A stretch of 63,943 bases of DNA, the filler included, from Lama guanicoe (taxonomy: Eukaryota), in assembly GCA_013239625.1 (NCBI GenBank). It is 74 parts of 71 records of this genome, joined end to end, with 100 filler letters (N's around TTAATTAATTAA, not from the genome) between each part and the next. Parts side by side here need not be neighbours in the genome. Positions count along the whole stretch, not along the records: positions 25,275 to 25,713 come from PNXV01009578.1; positions 25,814 to 26,285 come from MU054756.1; positions 26,386 to 26,893 come from PNXV01009607.1; positions 26,994 to 27,921 come from PNXV01009608.1; positions 28,022 to 28,846 come from MU054759.1; positions 28,947 to 30,340 come from MU054761.1; positions 30,441 to 31,640 come from MU054763.1; positions 31,741 to 32,180 come from PNXV01009619.1; 66 more parts are not named here. One strand, written 5' to 3'. A model generated the notes under the pieces. It did not search any database. It was not told the DNA's origin and saw only the letters and a program-made list of their open reading frames with translations. Every line of letters begins with the position of its first letter. Position 1 is the stretch's first letter. Both the position numbers and the translations under genes were made by a program. Shown here in pieces: positions 25,520 through 38,234 of the stretch.

Positions 25520-25713
25520 TTTTGTTCTTAACAGTTTTAATACAAATCACCCATTAAAATGTACAGTGGATTTTACTCTATGCCCAGAAATGTGCATCCC
25601 AGTCAATCTTAGAACATTTTCATCCCCCCAACAGGAAACCCCGTATGCATAAGCCAACATTATGAACTTCCCCATCCTCCCCCAGCCCCAGGGAGCCACT
25701 CTTCTCTCTCTGT
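25520..25713 (-). mobile_element. Old L1M 3' end
   Basis: cacccattaaaatgtacag...tagaacattttcatccccc...aaaccccgta...cccagcccc. Confidence 0.75.
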
Positions 25714-25813
25714 NNNNNNNNNNNNNNNNNNNNNNNNNNNNNNNNNNNNNNNNNNNNTTAATTAATTAANNNNNNNNNNNNNNNNNNNNNNNNNNNNNNN
25801 NNNNNNNNNNNNN

Positions 25814-25932
25814 AGAGAGAACAAACTAGTGGGAGAATTAAGGCCTCTTTGGATCAATTGTCGAGACATAGCGCTCTCCACATTGCAGCTGCTCGGCCCA
25901 GCGACTCAGCCACCTACCTCTGTGCTGTGAGG
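25814..25932 (+). CDS. TRAV21: T-cell receptor alpha variable segment, TRAV21-like, 3' part (FR3 to Cys-Ala-Val-Arg); 5' part outside the fragment
   Basis: REQTSGRIKASLDQLSRHSALHIAAARPSDSATYLCAVR resembles human TRAV21 FR3 (REQTSGRLNASLDKSSGRSTLYIAASQPGDSATYLCAVR, recalled), immediately followed by a 23-RSS. Confidence 0.85.
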
Positions 25933-25971
25933 CTCAGTGCCGAACAGGCACCTGTCCCCAGGACCCAAGCT
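25933..25971 (+). promoter_or_regulatory. 23-bp-spacer recombination signal sequence with non-canonical heptamer
   Basis: CTCAGTG (25933-39) + 23 nt + ACCCAAGCT (25963-71). Confidence 0.85.
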
Positions 25972-26385
25972 CTGCAGCTGGGGCTCCAACCACAGTCTGT
26001 CCTGAAGCTGAGAAGACTTTGTACATTGACTCTCTCTCCAGATAGAAGCAACGGAACATACAAAACCTGATAAAATAATCTGAAATTAAATAGTGAATTC
26101 ATTGACTTTTAGATTTTTATCAATCCCANNNNNNNNNNNNNNNNNNNNNNNNNNNNNNNNNNNNNNNNNNNNNNNNNNNNNNNNNNNNNNNNNNNNNNNN
26201 NNNNNNNNNNNNNTATATTCACAATGTTGCACAATTACCACCTCTATCTAGTTTCAAAACATTATCACCCCAGAAAGGAAACCACNNNNNNNNNNNNNNN
26301 NNNNNNNNNNNNNNNNNNNNNNNNNNNNNTTAATTAATTAANNNNNNNNNNNNNNNNNNNNNNNNNNNNNNNNNNNNNNNNNNNN

Positions 26386-26893
26386 CACAAAGTACAGAAT
26401 ATAGAATACGGAATACTGAATATAGAATTTAGAAAATAGATTGTAAATCACAGAATATAGAATATGGAATACGGAATGCAGAATATTGAATACAGAATAC
26501 AGAATGTAGAACACAGATTATAGAATATGGAAAAGAGTATAGACAACCCTGAATTTACAACATGGAATGTAGAACACAGAATTTAGAATTTAAAATTCAG
26601 AAAACTGAATATAGAATATAGAACATAGAATGCGGAACACAGAATTAAGTATATAGAATACAGAATACTGAATATAGAATTTAGAACATGGAATGTAGAA
26701 TGCAGAATAGAATTTAGACTATAGAATAAAGAATACTGAATATACAATTTAGAATATAGAATGTAGAACACAAAATATAGAATATAGAATACATAATGCA
26801 GAATATACTATATAGAATTTAGAGTTTAGAACACTGAATATTATATAAGGAAACAGAATACAGAAACCCGAATTTTGAACATGGTATGCAGAA
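26386..26893 (-). repeat. AT-rich heptamer satellite (reverse)
   Basis: Same 7-bp/63-bp pattern. Confidence 0.93.
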
Positions 26894-26993
26894 NNNNNNN
26901 NNNNNNNNNNNNNNNNNNNNNNNNNNNNNNNNNNNNNTTAATTAATTAANNNNNNNNNNNNNNNNNNNNNNNNNNNNNNNNNNNNNNNNNNNN

Positions 26994-27921
26994 AAATATA
27001 ATTTACAAAAGGGAATGTAGTACACAGAATATAGAATATAGAATACGGAAAGCAGGTTATAGAATGTAGAATATAGAATGAAGAACACAAATTATAGAAT
27101 ATATAAAAGAGAATGTAGAAACTTGAATTTAGTAATGAAATGCAGAACACAGATTTAGAATATAGAATACAGAAAACTGAATATAGAATTTAGAATATAG
27201 AATGTAGAACACAGAATATAGAATATAGAATACGGAATGCAGAATATAGAATACAGAATATAGAAGGTAGAACACAGCATATAGAATATGAAAAACAGAA
27301 TACAGAACCCAGAATTTAGACCATTGTATGCAGAACACAGAATTTAGAATATAGAATACACAATACTGAATATAGAAATTAGAACATCGAATGCAGAAAA
27401 CAGAATATAGAATATAAAATACGGAATGCAGAATATAGAATACAGAATATAGAATATAGAACACAGAATTTAGCATATGGAAAACACAATACAGAACCCA
27501 GAATTAAGAACAAGGAATGAAGAACACAGAATATAGAATATAGAATATAGAATACTAAAAATAGAATATAGATCATGGAATGCAGAACACAGAATTTACA
27601 ATATAGAAAACAGAATACTGAAGATAGAATTTAGCATTTAGAATTTAGAACACAGAATATAGAATATAGAATACGGAATGCAAAATATATAATGTAGAAT
27701 ATAGGATGAATGACACACAATATAAGATATAGAATAGAGAATACACAACCCAGAATTTAGAACATGGAATGCAGAACACAGAATTTAAAATATAGAATAC
27801 ATAATACTGAAAATAAAATTTAGAATTTAGAATGTAGTACCCAGAATATCGGATATGAAATACGGAAAGCACAATTTTGTATTTGGAATAAAGAATGAAG
27901 AAAACAAAATATAGAATATAT
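26994..27921 (-). repeat. AT-rich heptamer satellite (reverse)
   Basis: Same 7-bp/63-bp pattern. Confidence 0.93.
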
Positions 27922-28021
27922 NNNNNNNNNNNNNNNNNNNNNNNNNNNNNNNNNNNNNNNNNNNNTTAATTAATTAANNNNNNNNNNNNNNNNNNNNNNN
28001 NNNNNNNNNNNNNNNNNNNNN

Positions 28022-28846
28022 TGAGCTGTGAACATGCGCATGACAGATGTTTCAACCACCAAATAAGTTAGCTATGCACTTTGAATTATTTATTTAGACT
28101 TCGTTGCTTCTTCCTTTCACCAGTTTCAAGAATCACACTTTGATCCCAGAAAAACCCTCTTGGAGCGAATTCTACCCTAGAGATATGTAATTTGAATAGA
28201 TTCCATCTAAATGATATTCAGTGTTCCGTACATGCTACATGCATGACGGATTCGACAAACATGCATTCCTGANNNNNNNNNNNNNNNNNNNNNNNNNNNN
28301 NNNNNNNNNNNNNNNNNNNNNNNNNNNNNNNNNNNNNNNNNNNNNNNNNNNNNNNNNNNNNNNNNNNNNNNNNNNNNNNNNNNNNNNNNNNNNNNNNNNN
28401 NNNNNNNNNNNNNNNNNNNNNNNNNNNNNNNNNNNNNNNNNNNNNNNNNNNNNNNNNNNNNNNNNNNNNNNNNNNNNNNNNNNNNNNNNNNNNNNNNNNN
28501 NNNNNNNNNNNNNNNNNNNNNNNNNNNNNNNNNNNNNNNNNNNNNNNNNNNNNNNNNNNNNNNNNNNNNNNNNNNNNNNNNNNNNNNNNNNNNNNNNNNN
28601 NNNNNNNNNNNNNNNNNNNNNNNNNNNNNNNNNNNNNNNNNNNNNNNNNNNNNNNNNNNGAATTCTCACCAATACACATGTAATTTACATTGTTTACATA
28701 ACCATGGCATTCCGTATTCCGAACATGTTTCATGCAATACCAATTCCTCAAACATGCATTTCTGAGTTGAGAATATGCTCATGACTGATATTTCAATCAT
28801 TACAAGTTAACTATGCACTAAAATATATATACCATGTCTTCGTAGC
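28022..28846 (-). repeat. ~250-bp divergent-monomer satellite, family D
   Basis: Reverse complement matches 52045-52290 and 52208-52395. Confidence 0.85.
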
Positions 28847-28946
28847 NNNNNNNNNNNNNNNNNNNNNNNNNNNNNNNNNNNNNNNNNNNNTTAATTAATT
28901 AANNNNNNNNNNNNNNNNNNNNNNNNNNNNNNNNNNNNNNNNNNNN

Positions 28947-30340
28947 GAGAAACTTTGTGTTCCCAACAAGCTAGGAGAAGGACGGCTTTCACACAGGCTT
29001 AACTCTCAAAACTGTGCATGTGGAGAGACGTTCGTTCATCTAACACAAAGGGAACAGGTTGCAGGAGAAACACTTACTCTGGTTTCTCAGTCTGTTTCCT
29101 AGTGCCGGTTTGAANNNNNNNNNNNNNNNNNNNNNNNNNNNNNNNNNNNNNNNNNNNNNNNNNNNNNNNNNNNNNNNNNNNNNNNNNNNNNNNNNNNNNN
29201 NNNNNNNNNNNNNNNNNNNNNNNNNNNNNNNNNNNNNNNNNNNNNNNNNNNNNNNNNNNNNNNNNNNNNNNNNNNNNNNNNNNNNNNNNNNNNNNNNNNN
29301 NNNNNNNNNNNNNNNNNNNNNNNNNNNNNNNNNNNNNNNNNNNNNNNNNNNNNNNNNNNNNNNNNNNNNNNNNNNNNNNNNNNNNNNNNNNNNNNNNNNN
29401 NNNNNNNNNNNNNNNNNNNNNNNNNNNNNNNNNNNNNNNNNNNNNNNNNNNNNNNNNNNNNNNNNNNNNNNNNNNNNNNNNNNNNNNNNNNNNNNNNNNN
29501 NNNNNNNNNNNNNNNNNNNNNNNNNNNNNNNNNNNNNNNNNNNNNNNNNNNNNNNNNNNNNNNNNNNNNNNNNNNNNNNNNNNNNNNNNNNNNNNNNNNN
29601 NNNNNNNNNNNNNNNNNNNNNNNNNNNNNNNNNNNNNNNNNNNNNNNNNNNNNNNNNNNNNNNNNNNNNNNNNNNNNNNNNNNNNNNNNNNNNNNNNNNN
29701 NNNNNNNNNNNNNNNNNNNNNNNNNNNNNNNNNNNNNNNNNNNNNNNNNNNNNNNNNNNNNNNNNNNNNNNNNNNNNNNNNNNNNNNNNNNNNNNNNNNN
29801 NNNNNNNNNNNNNNNNNNNNNNNNNNNNNNNNNNNNNNNNNNNNNNNNNNNNCCGGTTTGAAGTTCCTGCAGTTTTCACTGTAAAACCGAGTTGGAGGTG
29901 GTACCTCCCCATATATATGTATAGAGTGGATTCTGCAACTGAAGAGAAACATTGTGTTCCCAACAAGCTAGGTGAAGGAACTCCTTTCACACACGCTTAA
30001 CTCTCAAAACTGAGCATGTGGAGAGACGTTCGTTCATCTAGCACAAAGGGAACAGGTTGCAGGAGAAACACTTACTCTGGTTTCTCAGTCTGTTTCCTAG
30101 TGCCGGTTTGAAGTTCCTGCAGTTTTCACTGTAAAACCGAGTTGGAGCTTGTACCTCCCCATATATATGTATGGAGTGGAGTCTGCAACTGAAGAGAAAC
30201 TTTGTGTTCCCAACAAGCTAGGAGAAGGACGGCTTTCACACACGCTTAACTCTCAAAGCTGTGCATGTGGAGAGACGTTCGTTCATCTAATACAAAGGGA
30301 GCAGGTTGCAGGAGAAACACTTACTCTGGTTTCTCAGTCT
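28947..30340 (+). repeat. 250-bp homogeneous satellite, family C
   Basis: gaagagaaac.ttgtgttcccaacaagcta at 29941 and 30191 (period 250); neighbouring monomers nearly identical. Confidence 0.93.
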
Positions 30341-30440
30341 NNNNNNNNNNNNNNNNNNNNNNNNNNNNNNNNNNNNNNNNNNNNTTAATTAATTAANNNN
30401 NNNNNNNNNNNNNNNNNNNNNNNNNNNNNNNNNNNNNNNN

Positions 30441-31640
30441 CCACCTCCTTTGGGCGCTGTATACTTCCTGAATTGGCATAGATGATTCTATCTTGGCTTT
30501 CAGCAGGTTTCTGTCTGATTTTTGTACACATCTCTTTTCAGATATTTTGTGTTTCTTTCTCTCTTGCATTTCCGTCTGGGAGTCTTAGGAATCCTAGTCT
30601 TTCATGCATTGTCTTACCCCAGGATTCAACAGCAATTTGTTCATTGGTTTGCACTTGCTTTCCTATGTGTGCTTCTGACCTAGGAATTTCAGTTCCCCTG
30701 TCTTCACAGTCATTCACGCGTCCCTCTTCAATATCTAGTCTGCTTAGGACTGAATTTTAGCCCTGATAATATCTCATCCATTGAGTTTTCTGATATTATT
30801 TGGCTCGTCTTTGGACTTTCTCTTCCACTTTTCTGGTATTCTACCTTTTGTGATTCTNNNNNNNNNNNNNNNNNNNNNNNNNNNNNNNNNNNNNNNNNNN
30901 NNNNNNNNNNNNNNNNNNNNNNNNNNNNNNNNNNNNNNNNNNNNNNNNNNNNNNNNNNNNNNNNNNNNNNNNNNNNNNNNNNNNNNNNNNNNNNNNNNNN
31001 NNNNNNNNNNNNNNNNNNNNNNNNNNNNNNNNNNNNNNNNNNNNNNNNNNNNNNNNNNNNNNNNNNNNNNNNNNNNNNNNNNNNNNNNNNNNNNNNNNNN
31101 NNNNNNNNNNNNNNNNNNNNNNNNNNNNNNNNNNNNNNNNNNNNNNNNNNNNNNNNNNNNNNNNNNNNNNNNNNNNNNNNNNNNNNNNNNNNNNNNNNNN
31201 NNNNNNNNNNNNNNNNNNNNNNNNNNNNNNNNNNNNNNNNNNNNNNNNNNNNNNNNNNNNNNNNNNNNNNNNNNNNNNNNNNNNNNNNNNNNNNNNNTTC
31301 CTCTTGTGGAAATGAGGCTTCTAAAGGTTCTCAGCTCTGCATTCTGCTCTATGTCATTTTGGAGTGTTTCCAAAACAGCCAACTGAGAGTGCGCTTGTGC
31401 TTTGAAGTGCTATGAGAATATCCCAATGAAACCAGTACTTCCCAGAGCTTTTCTGCCTACAGAAACACCAGTGGAAGCACATCCATGGATGTCAAACATC
31501 AGGGCCTGCTGGAAAGATCCCACAGACCGAACTTGGTGTCCTCAGTGCCGTACCTTGCCGGTGCCATCCAAAATGTAGCATCGGCTTTTCAGAGATAATA
31601 CTGAAGGAAATGCTTCCTCTTCTCATGCTGTGGACTTGGA
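30441..31640 (-). repeat. Family B large-unit repeat
   Basis: Matches 16077-16450 and the reverse of 11022-11310. Confidence 0.88.
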
Positions 31641-32429
31641 NNNNNNNNNNNNNNNNNNNNNNNNNNNNNNNNNNNNNNNNNNNNTTAATTAATTAANNNN
31701 NNNNNNNNNNNNNNNNNNNNNNNNNNNNNNNNNNNNNNNNGTCAGATTGTTGTTTTTTTTTATTAAAGTGAAGGGTTTTTTAAAAATATGCTCATGAGTA
31801 GCCTTTTGTCATTTTTACAAGTTATGAACTTCCACTAGTCTGTGGCTATTTTTTCCCCTCACTTTTCGTTGCTTTAATGAAGTTCTCACTTTTAAGGATT
31901 TTCAGTATACCAGTTTGTGGATGCTGATCACACGGGTGAGGCATTTAACTACTGTCTAATCCAAATCCTCAGTCTTTGCTCTGATTCACTGTCTAGAACA
32001 TCTGAACACATCTACTGAACCCTGTATACCAATGGATGCTAACAGCCCTAATTAAAAGTATGCTTTTTAAGTAAAGCAAAAAATACTAACTTTGACACCG
32101 GAAAAGACAAATCTCAAATTTCCTTGCTGATCTTTCTGTGATCATGAGCTACATCATGTTTTTAGAGCCGACAGGCATATNNNNNNNNNNNNNNNNNNNN
32201 NNNNNNNNNNNNNNNNNNNNNNNNTTAATTAATTAANNNNNNNNNNNNNNNNNNNNNNNNNNNNNNNNNNNNNNNNNNNNTATTTCAGAAAAGTGAGAAC
32301 GTAAGGTCACAGGGGAACTAGACACAGTCGTCCACAGATCCTGAGTGCGGACCAGCCCCAGCTGAGGGCAGTGCCGGCGTCCTTCAGTGGGTGACTGACT
32401 GGGTCCTAGACGTTTGGGCCGGAACCATG

Positions 32430-32760
32430 GACCAGTACTCAGCCATGAAAAGGACCTGATGCTGAGCGCACAGGACAGTTTGGGTGCATCTACAGGGGAT
32501 CATGCAGAGTGAGCAACGCTAATCCCAGGGCGACGTGGTATGTGATTGTATGTTTTTCCTTCTATCCATCATTTCTAATGGTTTTCTTTTCCCTCTGTGG
32601 TTTCATCCATTTCCTATGGTTCTGTGTCAAGAATCTGCAGAAATTTTGGAAGTGGAGACCAATGAATGATGTCAGGTGTTACGGAGGGTCCCGGTGCAGA
32701 AGACAGACCGCTTATGGTCAAGCCCCTTCAGCCTGCCCGTGGGGGAGGGCAGGGGGCTGG
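32430..32760 (+). mobile_element. Old L1M 3' end fragment
   Basis: tactcagccatgaaaagga...ggatcatgcagagtgag...gtatgtgatt...aaattttggaagtggagac. Confidence 0.5.
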
Positions 32761-35387
32761 CCCGGGTTAGGGCCGGAGGGTCTGTGGGGTGGGAGGCCGC
32801 TCTGGCTTTGCAGGGCCATTTCCAAGGGTCTTGCTGTAAAATTCAATCTGCTCGTGTCTGCCTTTTAATTGTGGGATTTCCCCTTCTTACCATCAACGGG
32901 ATTCATAATACATGTCTGTGAAGATGACTCATTTTGCTACATCTTTACTTTTTGCCCATGTCTTCCTCATTGCTACTTTGCTTTATCTGTATTTTTCATT
33001 AACTGAATATTTTTTATGATTTAATGTTGTCTTCTTTTATGGTTGATTGTCTGAAACTTTTTAAAATTGGTTTTATTTGAAGGTTGGTGGCGGGGTGAAC
33101 ACCACAGGCCGATCTTGCCCGGACAGCACACCGCTTCTCACCCAGGGCACCGNNNNNNNNNNNNNNNNNNNNNNNNNNNNNNNNNNNNNNNNNNNNTTAA
33201 TTAATTAANNNNNNNNNNNNNNNNNNNNNNNNNNNNNNNNNNNNNNNNNNNNCGCACGAGGGTAGGGGCCTTGGCGCTTGTGAGTTTCGTGTGTGTGTGT
33301 GTCACGGGTGGTGTCTGACTGCCCATGGGACTGCATGGCTGCGTCTCTGGGTGTTTGTGTGTCCTGTGTGCCCCGCCGAAAATCTCAGTGCCTGAAAATG
33401 TGTTCTTTCCACTCAGCGCCATGGAGGCCTGCCCATCCTTAACATGACCGCGGTCCTCTGCCTTCCAGAGTGGCCATGGCATCGTGGGTCTCTAGGAGCC
33501 GCTGCAATAGGCCAAGAACCCCTTCTCTCCAACAGCCATTCCTTCTGATCAGAGCCAACCGCACCCACCTACACCACATTTGGGGCCGTGGATGGGATAT
33601 CCACCAAGTCACCCTGCCGCCCAACGCCTCCACAGGATAGGGGGAGCTGGAGGCAATACTCACTGCCTATGTCAACCAGGAAAGCATTGACATCAAAGCT
33701 CACACCACGCTGAACCTGGCTCCAGGGCACATCCAGCCTCTATTCAACCTGTGTCTCGGTGCCACTGCAATCCAGAAGCCTCACAGAAGCCTCGGCAGCT
33801 GTGCCTAAACGCCTGCGCAGGGCAGGTGAAAACGCCCAGGGGAGAAGTGGTGGGGAGCCTCCATGAACCAGGGCCAAACCCCACGGATGCCAGGGCACTC
33901 ACGTCACCACCAACGGCCGAGACCCACATCGGGCAGGATTCGGGGCCCTGACCTTCAAAGCAAAGTCCAAACGCTGAGCAGCCTGCTCCAAACATGAGTC
34001 CTCTCGGACCAAGGCACAGTCGCCCCACAGGGGTCCTCGGACATTATGCACACAGGGCAAACACCAAGCTTCAGGGCACACAGTCTCAAAGGATGTCCCC
34101 TTGGATGAAGCCACANNNNNNNNNNNNNNNNNNNNNNNNNNNNNNNNNNNNNNNNNNNNTTAATTAATTAANNNNNNNNNNNNNNNNNNNNNNNNNNNNN
34201 NNNNNNNNNNNNNNNTCATTCCTAGTATCATAACAGTCCCATGATGTAGTCTCAGAAGGCACATCCAACATGTGGTAGAATTTAAGAAGTAATTTTATCT
34301 ATGGTGTTCTTTGTGCTGTTCTCAAAGCATTACAATTGGTGCTTTCATTTCCTGCCCTCAAGAGTCTACACTATATTTTCTAGTCGATACTTTATGTTGC
34401 TTTTATGTTCCAGCCAAAGACAAGCTTACGTCCTCAGGGTGGCACTTAATGCCTTTCCAACTCTAAGCACACAAACTCAACTTAGTTTAGTCATTTCTTT
34501 ATAAATCTGGCATCTGACTACCTTGGCATGTCTTTATGTTTCTCTGTATCTGGAGATACATCCAGGCAAATTCTGGTCAACTGTGTTAGATGAAACCTCA
34601 CCAATTTTGCTCCAGCTCATCCTTGGATTTTGGGTGTCCTCCTTTTTCAAACTTAGACTTTCCCAGTCTCAGCACAGATACCACCTCATCAGATGCTTTT
34701 GGTCTATCCCCCTTTCCTTGTCTAACTTGGATACCAGCACAGTAAGCACAGCACATGCCACAGGATGCATTTTAGTATTTATTGAAAGAAAAATGCTTGT
34801 TGACTTTAAGCAAAATCTACTTTCCTGTAACAACAAAACTCTCATGGTTTTCAAACTATTTCGTTATTGTCTTTACTCTTCACAACAAACTAGCTCTTTT
34901 CATAACCCATGGACTAGCCACTCAATACAGTAATTGGAGGTAGGTACAGAAGACAAAGTAATATTTTCTACTTAATTCATGCCTCCAGAGGCCTAAAGAA
35001 TTTCATTCCCATTTGCTGGATTTTTTTCTGACACTTCATCCCCCACCCACCCCAAAATAGCTGATTCTCTTCCCCATACTAATAACTATACNNNNNNNNN
35101 NNNNNNNNNNNNNNNNNNNNNNNNNNNNNNNNNNNNNNNNNNNNNNNNNNNNNNNNNNNNNNNNNNNNNNNNNNNNNNNNNNNNNNNNNNNNNNNNNNNN
35201 NNNNNNNNNNNNNNNNNNNNNNNNNNNNNNNTAGGTACTAGCCCCTTGGTTGGGGTGGTCATATACAGTAACCAAACTGCAATCTAANNNNNNNNNNNNN
35301 NNNNNNNNNNNNNNNNNNNNNNNNNNNNNNNTTAATTAATTAANNNNNNNNNNNNNNNNNNNNNNNNNNNNNNNNNNNNNNNNNNNN

Positions 35388-36239
35388 GTTTGGGAGAATT
35401 CCCTCCTTTTCAGTCATCTGGAAGAGTTTGAGAAGGACTGGTATGTGTTCTTCTTTATATGTTTGGTAGAATTCCCCGGTGAAGCCATCCGGTCCTGGAC
35501 TTTTATTTGTAGGGAGGTTTTTAATTGCTATTTCTATTTCCTTTCTAGTGATCGGATTGTTCAAGTGTTCAGTTTCTTCTTGATTCAGTTTTGGTGNNNN
35601 NNNNNNNNNNNNNNNNNNNNNNNNNNNNNNNNNNNNNNNNNNNNNNNNNNNNNNNNNNNNNNNNNNNNNNNNNNNNNNNNNNNNNNNNNNNNNNNNNNNN
35701 NNNNNNNNNNNNNNNNNNNNNNNNNNNNNNNNNNNNNNNNNNNNNNNNNNNNNNNNNNNNNNNNNNNNNNNNNNNNNNNNNNNNNNNNNNNNNNNNNNNN
35801 NNNNNNNNNNNNNNNNNNNNNNNNNNNNNNNNNNNNNNNNNNNNNNNNNNNNNNNNNNNNNNNNNNNNNNNNNNNNNNNNNNNNNNNNNNNNNNNNTCTC
35901 TGATCTTTATTATTTCCTTCCTTCTGCTGCCTCTTGGGGATTGTTGCTCTTCTTTTTCTAATTGATTCAGGTGGTGGGTTAACTTGTTTATTTGAGATTA
36001 TTGTTCTTTTTTGAGGCAGGCCTGTATCGCTATAAACTTCCCTCTTAGCACTGCCTTTGCTGTGTCCCATAGGTGTTGAGTGGTTGTGCTTTCATTATCA
36101 TTTGTCTCAAGGTATTTTTTATTTCGGCTTTGATTTCCTCATTGACCCATTGTTTTTTCAATACCATATTGTTTAATCTCCATGCTTTCTATTTTTTTCT
36201 CCTTTGTTTCTCTGTTGTTGATTTCTAGTTTCATGGCAT
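35388..36239 (-). mobile_element. L1 ORF2 fragment (EN end to RT start)
   Basis: [56 protein letters not shown]. Confidence 0.95.
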
Positions 36240-37332
36240 NNNNNNNNNNNNNNNNNNNNNNNNNNNNNNNNNNNNNNNNNNNNTTAATTAATTAANNNNN
36301 NNNNNNNNNNNNNNNNNNNNNNNNNNNNNNNNNNNNNNNTGGCTCCCGACGACCTTGAGTTTTCCAAATAATGTTTTTCAAGACATTTGACGAAATGCAA
36401 CTATTGTGCAAGGAGATGGTAGTTGTCAATATGAACACTTCAATAGAGTAGAAGTAGTCATGTTGAATTTTTTGTATTCAATTATTCATTCTATGTTATT
36501 TGATAACACATAATCAATCAATTATTTGTTAACTATCACAATTAAATTTGCCAGAATTTTTGGTAAAGCCACTACCAAAAACAGCAATGACTAAACATGC
36601 TTTTATAAGGATCAAGCAACCAATGCAGTTTAACACATTATCCATTAGAACCTCTCTTATCAAATCCTGGAGTTCTTTGACAGGTGGAAAAATGTAAATA
36701 CTGTATACATTANNNNNNNNNNNNNNNNNNNNNNNNNNNNNNNNNNNNNNNNNNNNNNNNNNNNNNNNNNNNNNNNNNNNNNNNNNNNNNNNNNNNNNNN
36801 NNNNNNNNNNNNNNNNNNNNNNNNNNNNNNNNNNNNNNNNNNNNNNNNNNNNNNNNNNNCAGTGACTTCTAAGAAATGATGGACAATCTGAATTAAATAG
36901 CTAATTAACTTAAAATCAAAACTATAAGTTGCATATTTGATAAAAGTAATCTATATGTGTGCTTATCACACTAATATAATGTGGAATAAGATGGCATGGC
37001 TATAAGATGACTGGATCTACAGAGGTAGTAAAATGGTCCTGCTAGCTAGTAAGTCTGATTATTAAATTCAGGAAGGAATAAGAAGAAAGTAGGGAAGAGA
37101 GGGAGAGAGGAAGATGAGATGGAGTTAAAGAGAAAAAGAAGGGAAGGAAGGAAAGATTTGTAGTCAAACTGTTACATGTCAGGTCCTAAAATAAATTCTT
37201 TCCTTAATTCTCCAACACTGGTTCTATTGTACNNNNNNNNNNNNNNNNNNNNNNNNNNNNNNNNNNNNNNNNNNNNTTAATTAATTAANNNNNNNNNNNN
37301 NNNNNNNNNNNNNNNNNNNNNNNNNNNNNNNN

Positions 37333-37801
37333 GCCGTCCTTCACCTAGCTTGAAGGGAACACAAAATTTCATTTCAGTTGCAAATTCCACTCCATACATA
37401 TATATGGGTATGTACAAGCTCCAACTCGGTTTTACAGTGAAAACGGCAGGCACTTCAAACCGGCACTAGGAAACAGACTGAGAAACCAGAGTAAGTGTTT
37501 CTCCTGCAACCCGTTCCCTTTGTGCTGGATGNNNNNNNNNNNNNNNNNNNNNNNNNNNNNNNNNNNNNNNNNNNNNNNNNNNNNNNNNNNNNNNNNNNNN
37601 NNNNNNNNNNNNNNNNNNNNNNNNNNNNNNNNNNNNNNNNNNNNNNNNNNNNNNNNNNNNNNNNNNNNNNNNNNACTCGGTTTTACAGTGAAAACGGCAG
37701 ACACTTCAAACCGGCACTAGGAAACAGACTGAGAAAACAGAGTAAGGGGTTATCCTGCAACCCGATCCCGTTGTGCTGGATGAACGAAAGTCTCTCCACA
37801 T
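37333..37801 (-). repeat. 250-bp satellite, family C (reverse)
   Basis: Reverse complement of the 29853-30340 monomer. Confidence 0.92.
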
Positions 37802-37901
37802 NNNNNNNNNNNNNNNNNNNNNNNNNNNNNNNNNNNNNNNNNNNNTTAATTAATTAANNNNNNNNNNNNNNNNNNNNNNNNNNNNNNNNNNNNNNNNNNN
37901 N

Positions 37902-38134
37902 TTCACTGACAGCCAGACATTAAGAAAACACTCAGGGGAGACAAGCTTTGACATTCCGTTAGAACCCTCATGCTGCCAACCGTTGGTGGAACCTCCCCAC
38001 GCTCAGGATTCCGGGACCATTGTTTGTGCGTGGGGGAGCTCGAGAGACATCTCCACGCAGCTCTCTTCAGTCACAGGTGTTCCCTGTTAGGGGGAAGTCC
38101 GAGAAATAGCTACCCTGACCTTGGGGAGGCAGCC
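37902..38134 (-). repeat. ~267-bp satellite, CpG-rich subfamily (A1)
   Basis: Matches monomers in 38235-39221. Confidence 0.9.
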
Positions 38135-38234
38135 NNNNNNNNNNNNNNNNNNNNNNNNNNNNNNNNNNNNNNNNNNNNTTAATTAATTAANNNNNNNNNN
38201 NNNNNNNNNNNNNNNNNNNNNNNNNNNNNNNNNN

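Noticed and set aside
33500..33810. Protein-looking frame (...HIWGRGWDIHQVTLPPNASTG*GELEAILTAYVNQESIDIKAH...) in a GC-rich fragment
   Set aside because: Interrupted by stops and not assignable to any family from sequence alone; needs blastx
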